From: Acidimicrobiia bacterium
GTDB taxonomy: Bacteria > Actinomycetota > Acidimicrobiia > Spongiisociales > UBA5794
Length of the DNA stretch: 62,482 nucleotides
Assembly (NCBI GenBank): GCA_029287195.1
Contig: JARFRN010000203.1
Coordinates: 1-62,482 of the forward strand
Direction: 5' to 3'
Below are positions 43,920 to 53,821 of this stretch, piece by piece. A model generated the notes under the pieces. It saw only the letters and a list, made by a program, of their open reading frames with translations. It made no database searches and was not told where the DNA came from. A program made the position numbers and the translations under genes. Each line of letters begins with the position of its first letter. The first letter of the stretch is position 1.

Positions 43920-45053
43920 TCACGTTCGATCCGGATCATGTTCGGAGCTGTGGAGTCGCCTACCGAAGCGCCGGACGCGGGGGCGCTGGTGGCTGGGGCC
44001 GGAGCGATCGGAACTCCACACCGCAAACGGCGCCATCGTGATTTGTGCCAGCGCGAGCAGCACAGTGTCGTAATTGACCCGCCACCCGGCGAAGTCTCGC
44101 CACGCCTGATCGCGGTCTGTCTTGAGCGGCAGGCTTGCGGCCGCCATCTGGTCCCAAGCAGCATCGAACTCCGCTCGGCTGATCGAGATCGGGTCGTCGG
44201 GGGCGGGATCGGCATCGAATTCGATCCCGAAGAAGTCCGCCAGCCGGCGCAGGGCAAGAAAGCCGGAGCGAATGCAGACGCCGGCGGGCCCGATACGAAT
44301 CCCTTCGAGGCAGGACATGTACAGGGCAGCAGTGTCGAGGACGGTACCGGAAGCCGTGACCCACGATCGCTGCGGCTGGGGCGAGCGAAAGAACGGCAGG
44401 ATGGGGAAAGTCGTGTGCGACTCCTCCAGCTCCGCAAACCAGCGCTCCCAATCCAGCCAGGTGCCGTCGATGTCATCCAGCCAACCGATGCGGTGGTGAC
44501 GTAGCAGCATCTCGACCGCACTTGGAGGATCCCCGGCACGGACTTCGAGCATTGCTACTTGTGCCTCTCTGCGCGAGAACACCGAGTAGATCGACGGCAG
44601 GAAAGTGATCATGAGAGCCACGAGGATGAGTCCCCATCCAGCCTCGGTAAACGCCAGTAGCCGCTCGGCAGCCGTCTCCTTGGAGACGAAACCCAGCGTT
44701 GTCAGCGAAGACCCGCTCAGTGCCATCGCTTGCGCAAAGGATTCCGTGTCGATCGCCCAGAACATGAGGGCGTAGGCCAATCCGATGAGGAGCAGCCAGA
44801 CCAGCGGCAGGGCCAGCAGGCTGATGGGGGCATAGAGCGCCATCACCCGATCGCGCCTGACAAAGTCATCGGTGCGACGAATTGCCAACTCGAACACCCG
44901 GCGCAGGAAGCTGAAGACCCAACGACTTATCGCAACCTGCGCGCTGCGGGGCAGCACCGTCGTCCGGATGGCGGACAGAACCGTCCACAGGGCGAGCCCG
45001 ACTCCGGCACCGAATACGAGAACTCTCACTGCGATCACGACGCAACCGTACAA
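43920..45053 (-). CDS. Ion-channel-like membrane protein (degenerate K+-channel pore motif) with a ~230-aa cytoplasmic domain
   Basis: 2-3 TM segments flank SGSSLTTLGFVS (compare the TxTTxGYG pore signature). The long soluble C-terminal domain is of unknown family. Confidence 0.55.
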   Translation of the reverse strand: MYGCVVIAVRVLVFGAGVGLALWTVLSAIRTTVLPRSAQVAISRWVFSFLRRVFELAIRRTDDFVRRDRVMALYAPISLLALPLVWLLLIGLAYALMFWAIDTESFAQAMALSGSSLTTLGFVSKETAAERLLAFTEAGWGLILVALMITFLPSIYSVFSRREAQVAMLEVRAGDPPSAVEMLLRHHRIGWLDDIDGTWLDWERWFAELEESHTTFPILPFFRSPQPQRSWVTASGTVLDTAALYMSCLEGIRIGPAGVCIRSGFLALRRLADFFGIEFDADPAPDDPISISRAEFDAAWDQMAAASLPLKTDRDQAWRDFAGWRVNYDTVLLALAQITMAPFAVWSSDRSGPSHQRPRVRRFGRRLHSSEHDPDRT

Positions 45054-45084
45054 GCTCGGAGCCGCGGTCGCAGCCGACCCGGCG

Positions 45085-47199
45085 CTACCGCTCTACGCCG
45101 GCACGCGGCAATAGGGCCGGGATGACAACAAGAGCGGTGACGGCCGCCGTGCTCATCGCCACCCACATGATCATGGAAACCTGGGGATGGACCTTCAGCG
45201 GCGACAGCCACAGCGCGGAGAGGGCCAGCGCAATGCCGAGGGCATTGGCAACGATGGGACGGCCGGCGCGATCGATTGCGCGGTAGACGTATCCGGGGCC
45301 GTCGCGCCTGGCGAAGTCGATCGCCGCGATGAAGTGAATGGAGTAGTCGATGCCGACGCCGATGACGATGCCGGAGATCACCGCGGTGAGCAGATTCAGC
45401 TGGATCCCGGAAACAGCGACAAACCCGAGCATGACCATGATCGTCAGAGCGATCGGAACCAGCGACACCAGCGTCTCGCGGAGCCGACGGTACGCAAGCA
45501 GCAGCATTACCGTCACCATGATGAACGCCACCGCAAGCGACACCACCTGGGCACGCAGCACTAGTCGGGCTATCTCGTCCCAGACGACGGGCATCCCGGT
45601 GAGCGCGCGGATCTCCGGGGTCGCTGCGGCGTAATCGAGCCAACTTCGCAGGTCATCGGTCGTGAAGCCCGCCGGGAGCAACATGAAGCGTATGCCGTCC
45701 TCGCTGACCAGGTCTCCGACGGGAAGCTCGACCCGGCCGCCCAGGACGGCCTCCAACTGCTCGGGGGGAAGGGTGGCCGCGAGATCGGGCAGCGAGAAGA
45801 CTTGGCGTACCCCCGGCAGTGCCTCGAGGCCATCCGAGACTACCGCCAGTTGCTCCAGCTGGCCGACACCGGCGGCAGGATCAAATACGAACTCGCCCAT
45901 CAGCGGGGTGGCTCCCCCGAATAGCTCCTCGGTGCGCTGAAAGGCGACACGTACGGGGTCATCGTCCTTGAAGAAGAACAGCTGGTCGGGATTGACGTCG
46001 AGGCGGGGAAGAGTGACCGCCGCGAACGCCAGCAGGCCCAACGCGATCACAATGGCGGGGGTCCGAGTCCGCACCAATCTCTTCAGTCCGGTGGTGACTC
46101 GCGGACCCAGCAGCGCCTGATGGTGCCGGGGCTCGATATCCGTCCGACTCAGCAACGCCGGCAGCGAGAAGAAGGAGATGATGCCGGCGAAGGTGATACC
46201 GATCGCCGTGAACAGCCCCAGCTGCTGGATCGGGTGAACACCCGTGGCTACTAGGGAGAGGAACCCGGCAGCCGTACTGATCGTGGTGAGAATCATCGGG
46301 ACCCCGACATGTGACAGAGCAGAGCTCACGCGAGCAACCGGATCTGGGTTCTCAGCCTCTTCCTGGAAGTGAGAGACGAAGTGGAGCCCATCAGCGGACC
46401 CCATGACTATGACGAAGATGGGGACGATCACGGTGACTATGTCGATCTCGTTGCCCAGACCGAAGATGAGCCCAAATGTCCAAATGGCGCCGAGGGCAGC
46501 GGGGATGAGCGCCATCACGCTGAGCCTGCGGTCACCAATGGTGGCGAAGAAGGTCCCCACCAGCAGAATGATTACAACCGGAGGGATGAACAGCAGAAAC
46601 AGCGACAGCAGGTCGATGACCGAGGCAAACACGACCGGGTTTCCGGAGAATGTCAGCTCCAGGCCGTCGGGCGGAACGACATCGTCGACCCGCCGCGCCA
46701 CCGAAAGTGTGTCGCCTTCGGGGTTCACCATCATCAGCGCATGCCGCTCGTCTTCACTGAGCAGCAGCGCCTTAACCGGGCTCTGTTCGAGCAGTTGCGC
46801 GACGGCATCATCCGGAGCCAGCAAGATCATCGATGCCGTCAGAGAACCACCGGTGATCGGGTTCGTCTCGGGGACTATCGATGCGATCGCGGTGACCCCG
46901 TCGATGCCTGCAATTTCGTCGCGCAAGCGAACGAGTGCAGCCAACGATTCCTTGTCACGAAACGTTGAACCGTCCTCGAGCGACACCAGAACGTTGATGG
47001 GATCCCCTGCCCGATACTTCTCCTGAAGGTTCTTGAAGGTTTCGCCCGTTTCGTTGCCTTCGAGCACGAAGGAAGCAACGTCGCCGTTGAAGTCCATGCG
47101 TAGCAGCATGAGTAGGGCCAGCAGTGTGATGACACCGGTGAGAGCAAGAATGCGGTGCGAGTGCTTGACGATGATGCGAGCAACGCGGTCCAAGTCCAC
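45085..47199 (-). CDS. MMPL/RND-family transporter
   Basis: Two 6-TM bundles with MMPL blocks (MGSADGLHFVSHFQEE; GVGIDYSIHFIAAIDF). The start is taken as GTG 47199 or TTG 47193 after GGAGG. The track ORF to 47514 overlaps the upstream gene. Confidence 0.85.
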   Translation of the reverse strand: MDLDRVARIIVKHSHRILALTGVITLLALLMLLRMDFNGDVASFVLEGNETGETFKNLQEKYRAGDPINVLVSLEDGSTFRDKESLAALVRLRDEIAGIDGVTAIASIVPETNPITGGSLTASMILLAPDDAVAQLLEQSPVKALLLSEDERHALMMVNPEGDTLSVARRVDDVVPPDGLELTFSGNPVVFASVIDLLSLFLLFIPPVVIILLVGTFFATIGDRRLSVMALIPAALGAIWTFGLIFGLGNEIDIVTVIVPIFVIVMGSADGLHFVSHFQEEAENPDPVARVSSALSHVGVPMILTTISTAAGFLSLVATGVHPIQQLGLFTAIGITFAGIISFFSLPALLSRTDIEPRHHQALLGPRVTTGLKRLVRTRTPAIVIALGLLAFAAVTLPRLDVNPDQLFFFKDDDPVRVAFQRTEELFGGATPLMGEFVFDPAAGVGQLEQLAVVSDGLEALPGVRQVFSLPDLAATLPPEQLEAVLGGRVELPVGDLVSEDGIRFMLLPAGFTTDDLRSWLDYAAATPEIRALTGMPVVWDEIARLVLRAQVVSLAVAFIMVTVMLLLAYRRLRETLVSLVPIALTIMVMLGFVAVSGIQLNLLTAVISGIVIGVGIDYSIHFIAAIDFARRDGPGYVYRAIDRAGRPIVANALGIALALSALWLSPLKVHPQVSMIMWVAMSTAAVTALVVIPALLPRAGVER

Positions 47200-47234
47200 C
47201 TCCAGCGTGGAGGTTAGCCAGGGACATCGCTCGT

Positions 47235-47936
47235 TCAGCTGCCTGCCGCCACCACCTCTTGCAGCCAAGCGGCGAACATTGCAGCCGCCCGATTTGCATT
47301 GGCGCCTTCGGCGGCGGCCATGTCCGCGAGCAGCCGTTCGGGGTCGATGCCTTCCGACCGCAACTTGTCCCTGCCGTATCGCTCGACCCAGTTCCGGGCG
47401 ATTTCCGGCGAGGCCTCCGGATGTGCCTGCACCCCCACGGCTGAGCCCAATCGGAAGGCGTGCGGGTAGCGACTGCTCGTCGCCAGTACCTCCACCCCGG
47501 GAGGCGGCTCCCAAGTGTCACCGTGGAAGGAGAGCACTGCGTTCGCCAGCGGCGCGATGACAGCGTCCTCGATACCGCTCGGCGCAACCCACAGCGGACC
47601 GAACTCGACCTCGTGTGAATCCGCTTTGAAGGCGGAGCCGCCCAGGGCGGCGGCGAGCAATTGACATCCGAGGCAGATGCCGAGGATCGGGATATCTCGA
47701 GCCACGGCCCGTCGCAGCAGCTCCTTCTCCGGAGCAAGGAATGCGTACTGGTCCTCTTCGTAAGCACCCATGACTCCGCCCAACGAGACCAGCCCGCGCA
47801 CATCGTCTAGATCGGGAAGCGGCTGACCGAGATCGAGACGAACAACGACGCTGGGCAGCTCGGCCTCGTCAATGGCGTCGGCCAGGTAACCAGGAGGTAC
47901 CTCGTCGTTGTGTTGCAGTATCGCGATCGGCTTCAT
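47235..47936 (-). CDS. Class I glutamine amidotransferase-like protein (GMP-synthase-type GATase domain)
   Basis: PILGICLGCQLL nucleophile elbow and a downstream H..E (VQAHPE). 233 aa. Confidence 0.85.
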   Translation of the reverse strand: MKPIAILQHNDEVPPGYLADAIDEAELPSVVVRLDLGQPLPDLDDVRGLVSLGGVMGAYEEDQYAFLAPEKELLRRAVARDIPILGICLGCQLLAAALGGSAFKADSHEVEFGPLWVAPSGIEDAVIAPLANAVLSFHGDTWEPPPGVEVLATSSRYPHAFRLGSAVGVQAHPEASPEIARNWVERYGRDKLRSEGIDPERLLADMAAAEGANANRAAAMFAAWLQEVVAAGS

Positions 47937-48044
47937 GAGTCGAAGTTAGCCACATCAGACCTGGTCGGCGGAAAGCCGACTCGACCTGAAAACCTGCTCA
48001 CAACGGCTTCAGTCGGAAGCGGCGAGAGCCCGCCGTGCAAGCAC

Positions 48045-49661
48045 ATGCCACATATGCCACCCGTATCGACATCCGACTCGGATATCGGCATAACTCAGGA
48101 GACTCCTAGTCTCCCCTCGATGGAATCCTCGAGCCGGATCTCCGGCCCGCTGCGGGCGGCGATCATCCTGTTTGGCATCTTGGCGGCGACGGCCGCCGGG
48201 GCCTTGGCGTTGTTCACGATCGGCGAGACGTACGCAGTCGTCACTGCCGCCACAATTCTGGTGACTTCGCTCGTGATTGCGTTTACGGCATCGCTGCTGC
48301 TCGGACGAATGGTGCTCGCGGTCCTCATCGTGGCCTTCGCCGGGTCCCTCACGATCGGAGCATTCGGGGCAATCCAGATCGTCGCCGCTCTGGCCGGAGA
48401 TCAATCAGGTCCGGTCGAGCCGCCGAATCCCGATGCGCTGGCGAGCGCAGAGCACAAGATCGACCAGTCCGCCGACGACAATACGTTCCGGGTCGAACTC
48501 AGCGAGGGTGAACTGAATGCCGTACTCCAGGATGCACTCGCAGAGGTAGACACACCGTTCTCGCGAATCACCCTCGACATCCTCAACACGGTGTCCGAGC
48601 CTGCCCTGGTCGGCTTCAGGGGCGAGTTCAAGAACGGACGCCTTGCGGTGGAAGGCGAGCTGACGGCCCAGACAGTCGGGGGCCAGATGCAGGTGGAGCT
48701 GCTCGAAGCCGACGTTGGGATGTTCACCATGCCGGGGGTTGCCCGCGACGCCGTGGAAGACATGATCGGCCGGGTCGCAGACCTCAACAGAGCACTTGCC
48801 GAGGAGGGAGCCGATATGCAGAGCGTCGTCATTGGAGACGATGTGATCACCGTAACCGGAGTAACCAGCGATGGGGAAATCATCGACGCCGGTGTGTTGC
48901 TGGCCTCGTTTGGCAACCTGGGAAACCTCGAGATCCCCCAGGTTGATGCGCTTCCGTACGCCCCGGGGGTTGACTCCACCGAAGCCGGCGGCGACGTCTA
49001 CTACGTGGCACTCGGTGACTCGCTCGCAGCGTCGGTCGGTGTGGAAGGCTTCGCCGACGGATACGTGTCCCAAGTGCATCACGAGCTGAGCTTGACCGAC
49101 GGAATACCCTACGGACTGCGCAACTTCGGCAGAACCGGAGAGACCTCAGGCACAATGCTGCTCGGTAGTCAGCTCGAAGATGCGATTGCGTTCGGCAAGA
49201 CCGCACAGGTCCGCTATGTCACGATCGACATTGGGGCCAACGATCTTCTCGGTCACCTAGCTTCTGCCGACTGTAGCGAGGACATCGACTCGGATGCTTG
49301 CCGGGTTCGCATCGACGCGTCGCTACGTGCGTACGCGGACAATTTGCCTCTGATCTTCTCCGAAATCGAAGACTCCTTCTCCGACGCAACGGTCGTTTTC
49401 CTGCTGGCATACAACCCATTCAGTCTGGGCTTTGAAGATCAGGTCCGATTCGAAGCGCGTAGCAACGAGGTCCTGGAATCGTTGAACTCCATCGCAACCG
49501 GGGCAGCAGAGGAGTTCGAGTTCCTGGTCGCCGACGGCTATGCGCCGATGCGAGGAACCGCCACTGCAACGACCCACATGACCGACACTCCGCCGGATAT
49601 CCATCCCAACGAGATGGGATACGACGTTCTGACCGCCGCGGTGCTCGACGCCCTGAGTTAG
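48045..49661 (+). CDS. Membrane-anchored SGNH/GDSL hydrolase
   Basis: Two N-terminal TM segments. Blocks: VALGDSLAAS (I), DIGANDL (III), DIHPNEMGY (V). Start uncertain (ATG 48045 or 48120). Confidence 0.75.
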   Translation: MPHMPPVSTSDSDIGITQETPSLPSMESSSRISGPLRAAIILFGILAATAAGALALFTIGETYAVVTAATILVTSLVIAFTASLLLGRMVLAVLIVAFAGSLTIGAFGAIQIVAALAGDQSGPVEPPNPDALASAEHKIDQSADDNTFRVELSEGELNAVLQDALAEVDTPFSRITLDILNTVSEPALVGFRGEFKNGRLAVEGELTAQTVGGQMQVELLEADVGMFTMPGVARDAVEDMIGRVADLNRALAEEGADMQSVVIGDDVITVTGVTSDGEIIDAGVLLASFGNLGNLEIPQVDALPYAPGVDSTEAGGDVYYVALGDSLAASVGVEGFADGYVSQVHHELSLTDGIPYGLRNFGRTGETSGTMLLGSQLEDAIAFGKTAQVRYVTIDIGANDLLGHLASADCSEDIDSDACRVRIDASLRAYADNLPLIFSEIEDSFSDATVVFLLAYNPFSLGFEDQVRFEARSNEVLESLNSIATGAAEEFEFLVADGYAPMRGTATATTHMTDTPPDIHPNEMGYDVLTAAVLDALS

Positions 49662-49748
49662 CCCCGGGAGCAGTCCGGAGAAAGCGGGAACCCTGCGGCG
49701 CTCCTGATGCATCAGAAGAGGGACAAGCCAGAACGACCGGGGGTCGAC

Positions 49749-51806
49749 ATGAGACGCTTGACCATCGCAATCGCGGCACTCATAGTGCTCGCCGCAGCTT
49801 GCACCTCGACATCGGAATCGGCAACGACTACCTCGATCGGGACGACCGCAACCCGGCCGCCGATCGAAGCAGTTCCAGTTTCGTACGGGCTTCAGACATT
49901 TGACGCATGCGACGACTTCCTCGACTACGTGAAGAGCCACGCGGTCGATCTGGTAGGCCCGTACGGCTTCGAGTTCGGTTACTACGGGCCGTGGTTCCGG
50001 GGTGGCTTCGCCGACGACGCCGCGGTCTTGGAAGAGGCAGCGGCCGGGGATGGCAGCGAGGAGCCGGTTCCGGCAACCGCCGCTCCCGGGCTGCAACAAG
50101 GCGTCGACTACTCAGGAACGAATATTCAGGAGCTCGGTGTCGATGAGCCCGACATCATCAAGACCGACGGCACAAAGATCGTGGTCACCAGCGGCAACGT
50201 GCTCTACGTTGTCGATGTGACCGGCGAGGAGCCGCGCCTCGCCGGTCAGGTCAATCTCGAGATGGGCTGGGCATCGGATCTGCTCATCTCGGGCGATCGT
50301 GTGCTGGTGATGGGTCACGGCGACAGCTACCCCGCGCCGCTCGTGGAGACCGGCATGACGTCCGAGGCGGTGCCTGAGGTCTGGTACCCCACCCCGATCG
50401 CAACGCTGATGGAAGTCGACATCTCCAACATCGACGACCCCCAGATCGAGCGCACGCTGTTCATCGACGGCAGCAAGGTCAGTGCACGAATGGTGGGTGG
50501 CTCGGCGCGGATCGTTGTCAGCTCAATGCCGACCGGTCTCGAGTTCCGCTACCCGGAGACGGGCGGTCTCAAAGCCGAGCGTGAAGCCACGGAGTACAAC
50601 CGCCAGGTGGTCTTGGACTCGACGGTCGACAACTGGGTTCCCTACTACGTGCTCGAAGACGGCTCCGGTCGGGTCATCCGGGAAGGTTCCCTGCTCGACT
50701 GCACGAGTGCCCACCACCCCGAGGAGTTCTCCGGCCTCGAGATGCTCAGCGTGCTGTCCGTGGACCTGGACAACAGTCTCAGCATCGACGACGCCGTCGG
50801 CGTGATGGCCGCCGGGAATATCGTCTACTCATCGACCGACGCCATGTACATCGCCTCTGCGGCTTGGCAGAACTGGCAGGTGTTCGACGAATCCGACGCC
50901 GCGGAGGCAATGGACCGCTATACGACCGACATCCACAAGTTCGACATCTCAGACCCGAGGAGCACGGAGTACGTCGCCACCGGACGGGTCGAGGGATTCA
51001 TGCTGAGCCAGTGGTCGATGTCGGAGTACGACGGACACCTCCGGGTGGCCACGACCTCACAGCCCGACTGGTGGTGGGGCTCCGAGCGCAGCTCCGAGAG
51101 CTTCGTGACGGTGCTCGAGCAGCAGGGTGGCGAACTGGTCGGGGTCGGCAAGGTCGGCGGCCTGGGAAAGGGTGAGCGCATCTACTCGGTGCGTTTCATC
51201 GACGACATCGGCTACGTGGTCACCTTCCGGCAGACCGATCCGCTCTACACGATCGACTTGTCCGAACCGACAGATCCGACGGTGGTCGGCGAGCTGAAGA
51301 TCCTCGGCTACTCGGCATACCTGCATCCGGTCGGTGACGGCCTGCTGCTCGGCATCGGCCAGGACGCAACCGAAGAGGGACGTACGCTGGGTAGCCAGAT
51401 CTCGCTGTTTGATGTGAGCGATCTGGCCGACCCGAAGCGGATCCACAATTACACGCTCAGCGATGGCTATTCGAGCGTCGAATACGACCATCGCGCCTTC
51501 CTCCACTGGCCGCAGACCGGCCTGACCGTGATCCCGATCCAGCAGTGGAGCTGGGACGAGGACAGCGGGGAGGAGAGCGGATTCTCCGGAGCCATCGCCG
51601 TCGAGGCAACCCGTGACGGGATCAAGGAGGTCGGACGGATCACCCACGGCGTCGATAAGGAAGCCGAGGAGTACTGGTGGGCACCGGCGATCGAGCGATC
51701 GCTGGTCGTCGGTGACAGTCTCTACACCTACTCCTACGACGGGATCCTACAAAGCGATCTCGAGACGGTCGAAGCCGGCACCTATCTCAGCTTCTGGGGT
51801 TCATGA
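49749..51806 (+). CDS. Secreted beta-propeller-domain lipoprotein (Beta_propel / COG4880-like)
   Basis: Lipobox LVLAAAC. The characteristic block is YSVRFIDDIGYVVTFRQTDPLYTIDLSEPTDPTVVGELKILGYSAYLHPV. Confidence 0.8.
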   Translation: MRRLTIAIAALIVLAAACTSTSESATTTSIGTTATRPPIEAVPVSYGLQTFDACDDFLDYVKSHAVDLVGPYGFEFGYYGPWFRGGFADDAAVLEEAAAGDGSEEPVPATAAPGLQQGVDYSGTNIQELGVDEPDIIKTDGTKIVVTSGNVLYVVDVTGEEPRLAGQVNLEMGWASDLLISGDRVLVMGHGDSYPAPLVETGMTSEAVPEVWYPTPIATLMEVDISNIDDPQIERTLFIDGSKVSARMVGGSARIVVSSMPTGLEFRYPETGGLKAEREATEYNRQVVLDSTVDNWVPYYVLEDGSGRVIREGSLLDCTSAHHPEEFSGLEMLSVLSVDLDNSLSIDDAVGVMAAGNIVYSSTDAMYIASAAWQNWQVFDESDAAEAMDRYTTDIHKFDISDPRSTEYVATGRVEGFMLSQWSMSEYDGHLRVATTSQPDWWWGSERSSESFVTVLEQQGGELVGVGKVGGLGKGERIYSVRFIDDIGYVVTFRQTDPLYTIDLSEPTDPTVVGELKILGYSAYLHPVGDGLLLGIGQDATEEGRTLGSQISLFDVSDLADPKRIHNYTLSDGYSSVEYDHRAFLHWPQTGLTVIPIQQWSWDEDSGEESGFSGAIAVEATRDGIKEVGRITHGVDKEAEEYWWAPAIERSLVVGDSLYTYSYDGILQSDLETVEAGTYLSFWGS

Positions 51807-51861
51807 GCGATGCAATCGCTTGGAAGTATGAGGAAATGACACCCTGAACAGTTGAGAACTC

Positions 51862-51891
51862 GAGGGGCCTCTCTCCACGGAGGGGCCCCTC
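51862..51891 (+). terminator. Possible weak terminator hairpin after the beta-propeller gene
   Basis: GAGGGGCC...GGCCCCTC is an 8-bp GC stem followed by TTCACG. The U tract is poor. Confidence 0.3.
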
Positions 51892-51979
51892 TTCACGTCC
51901 TTGCGCAGCTCACGGCACAGATGAGCCGCGGGTTACCCGGGAACGGGTTGGAGGGGCGCCTGGCCCGGCCCCTGCCAGA

Positions 51980-53431
51980 ATGCGCCGCATGACGAAGAGG
52001 TCGCAGCCCGGCTGGTGGGGAGGGAGGGGTCACATCGTCTTCACCATTGTCGTGTTTGTCACGCTGGCCTCTCTCGACAATGCCGCCCTGGCCACCATCC
52101 CGTCGATGGTGCTGCCGATAACCGAGGCGCTCGACACCTCCGAAGCCGCGATAGGATTCCTCACCGCAACCGTGATCCTGGTCACGGCAATCAGCGCGGT
52201 TGGGTGGGGCTACTGGGGCGATAGGTCGGATCGGAAACGCCTCCTCTTCTGGGGTACGCTGGTCTGGGCGGCCGGAGCCGGACTTTCATCGACGGCGTCG
52301 GTCTTCTGGCAGCTCTTTGTGTGGCAACTGGTCACCGCAGTCGGCCTCGGGGTCATCGCTTCGGTGGGCTTCTCCGTAATCAGCGACTTCGTGTCCCCCC
52401 GGCGACGTGGCCTGGCGATGAGCTTCTGGGGGCTCTCTCAAGGTATCGGCGGAATCGTCGGCGGCTTGCTCGCCAGCCAGATCGGCGCAGACGACTTCTC
52501 TCGTGCGTTACAGGTAATCGCCGTGCTGGGGGTGCTGACTGCGGCCCTGTACCTATTCACCTACAACCCGCCGCGAGGTTTACGGGAACCGGCTCTTGCT
52601 GAACTGCACGAAAGCGGAGCCGACTACGAATATCGAATCGAACCCCAGCAGATCCCGGAGCTGTTCCGGCGACGCACCAACATCTGGCTGATCATTCAGG
52701 GATTGAGCGCCCAGGTGGCCTACGGTTCGATCATCTGGGTGCCGTTGCTCTATCAGGAGAAGGTGATTGCCGCCGGATATGACTCGGCGACCGCCACCAA
52801 GGTGGGCGGGATCTTCGCAGCCGTCTTCCAAATCGGCGGCATCTTCTCGATCCTCGCAGGCCACATCGGGGACCGGATGCAGCGCCGCTCCTTGAGCGGT
52901 CGGGCAATAGTGTCCACCGTCGGGATCCTGGGGGCAATCCCTTTCTTCCTGATCTTCTTCTTCATCCCGCTGCGGGGCCTCGACGTGACCAACGGTGCCG
53001 GCACCGCCACCTTGATTCCAGAGGTATTCCGCAACCTCGTCACCAACCCGTGGGCTGCCGGAGCGTTCCTCTCCGCGCTGCTTGCCGTTGCCTTCACCGG
53101 AGCAGACTCACCGAACTGGTTCGCCCTCATCTCCGACGTCAACCTCCCCGAACACAGGGGCACGATCTTTGGACTCGCCAACTTCTCCAATGGTGTCGGG
53201 CGCGCTGCCGGCAACGGCTTGACCGGAGCCGTCGCCGGAGCTTTCGAGACCGCCTTCCCTCCTCCTCTCAACTGGGCGGTTGGACTGAGTGTCTTTCAGA
53301 TCTTCTTCTTGCCCACCGGGTATTGCTACTACCGCGCCGCCGGCAGTTCCCCCGGGGATATCGGCGAGGTGAAGCGCATTTTGAGCAAGCGCGCCGCAGA
53401 AACCCACGGCAGTGAACGGCCGGATCGGTAG
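51980..53431 (+). CDS. MFS transporter
   Basis: 483 aa with about 12 TM segments. WGYWGDRSDRKRLL is an MFS loop 2-3 motif. Confidence 0.8.
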   Translation: MRRMTKRSQPGWWGGRGHIVFTIVVFVTLASLDNAALATIPSMVLPITEALDTSEAAIGFLTATVILVTAISAVGWGYWGDRSDRKRLLFWGTLVWAAGAGLSSTASVFWQLFVWQLVTAVGLGVIASVGFSVISDFVSPRRRGLAMSFWGLSQGIGGIVGGLLASQIGADDFSRALQVIAVLGVLTAALYLFTYNPPRGLREPALAELHESGADYEYRIEPQQIPELFRRRTNIWLIIQGLSAQVAYGSIIWVPLLYQEKVIAAGYDSATATKVGGIFAAVFQIGGIFSILAGHIGDRMQRRSLSGRAIVSTVGILGAIPFFLIFFFIPLRGLDVTNGAGTATLIPEVFRNLVTNPWAAGAFLSALLAVAFTGADSPNWFALISDVNLPEHRGTIFGLANFSNGVGRAAGNGLTGAVAGAFETAFPPPLNWAVGLSVFQIFFLPTGYCYYRAAGSSPGDIGEVKRILSKRAAETHGSERPDR

Positions 53432-53506
53432 GCCTTCGAAAGAAACCGACCGGGAGGAGGCTATGGCACGCAAGCTACTGTTTTGCTCAGTGCTCCCGGG
53501 CCGATC

Positions 53507-53764
53507 ATGTCCTCAGCCCCCGGGGTCGCTTTCAGCGATGTCAACGAGGAGTCGAGGCTGCTCCGCTCGGCGGTGTTGTGGGATGGATCGCCTCGTCATT
53601 CTGGTGTCACACCGCTCGATACGGTCACGACGGTGGTCGTGCCGCCGGCGCTCGGCGTTATTGCCCCGGTACTGCGCTCACCCGTTCCCGCCGGGTGCTC
53701 TGAGTCGACCGAAAGTGGACGACGCCGACCACGACCGGTGGTGCTAGATGCACAAATGGGCTGA
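53507..53764 (+). CDS. Possible small ORF (85 aa) in the gap upstream of pgsB
   Basis: Third-position GC looks elevated by eye. There is no recognisable family and no clear RBS. A competing frame (ATG 53464 after GGGAGGAGG) is Cys/Arg-rich. Confidence 0.2.
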   Translation: MSSAPGVAFSDVNEESRLLRSAVLWDGSPRHSGVTPLDTVTTVVVPPALGVIAPVLRSPVPAGCSESTESGRRRPRPVVLDAQMG

Positions 53765-53821
53765 AGGACTCATAAAGGACCGGGCCTTCTCCGGCCGATA
53801 AGCCGGGAGGAGGTCCGCTCA

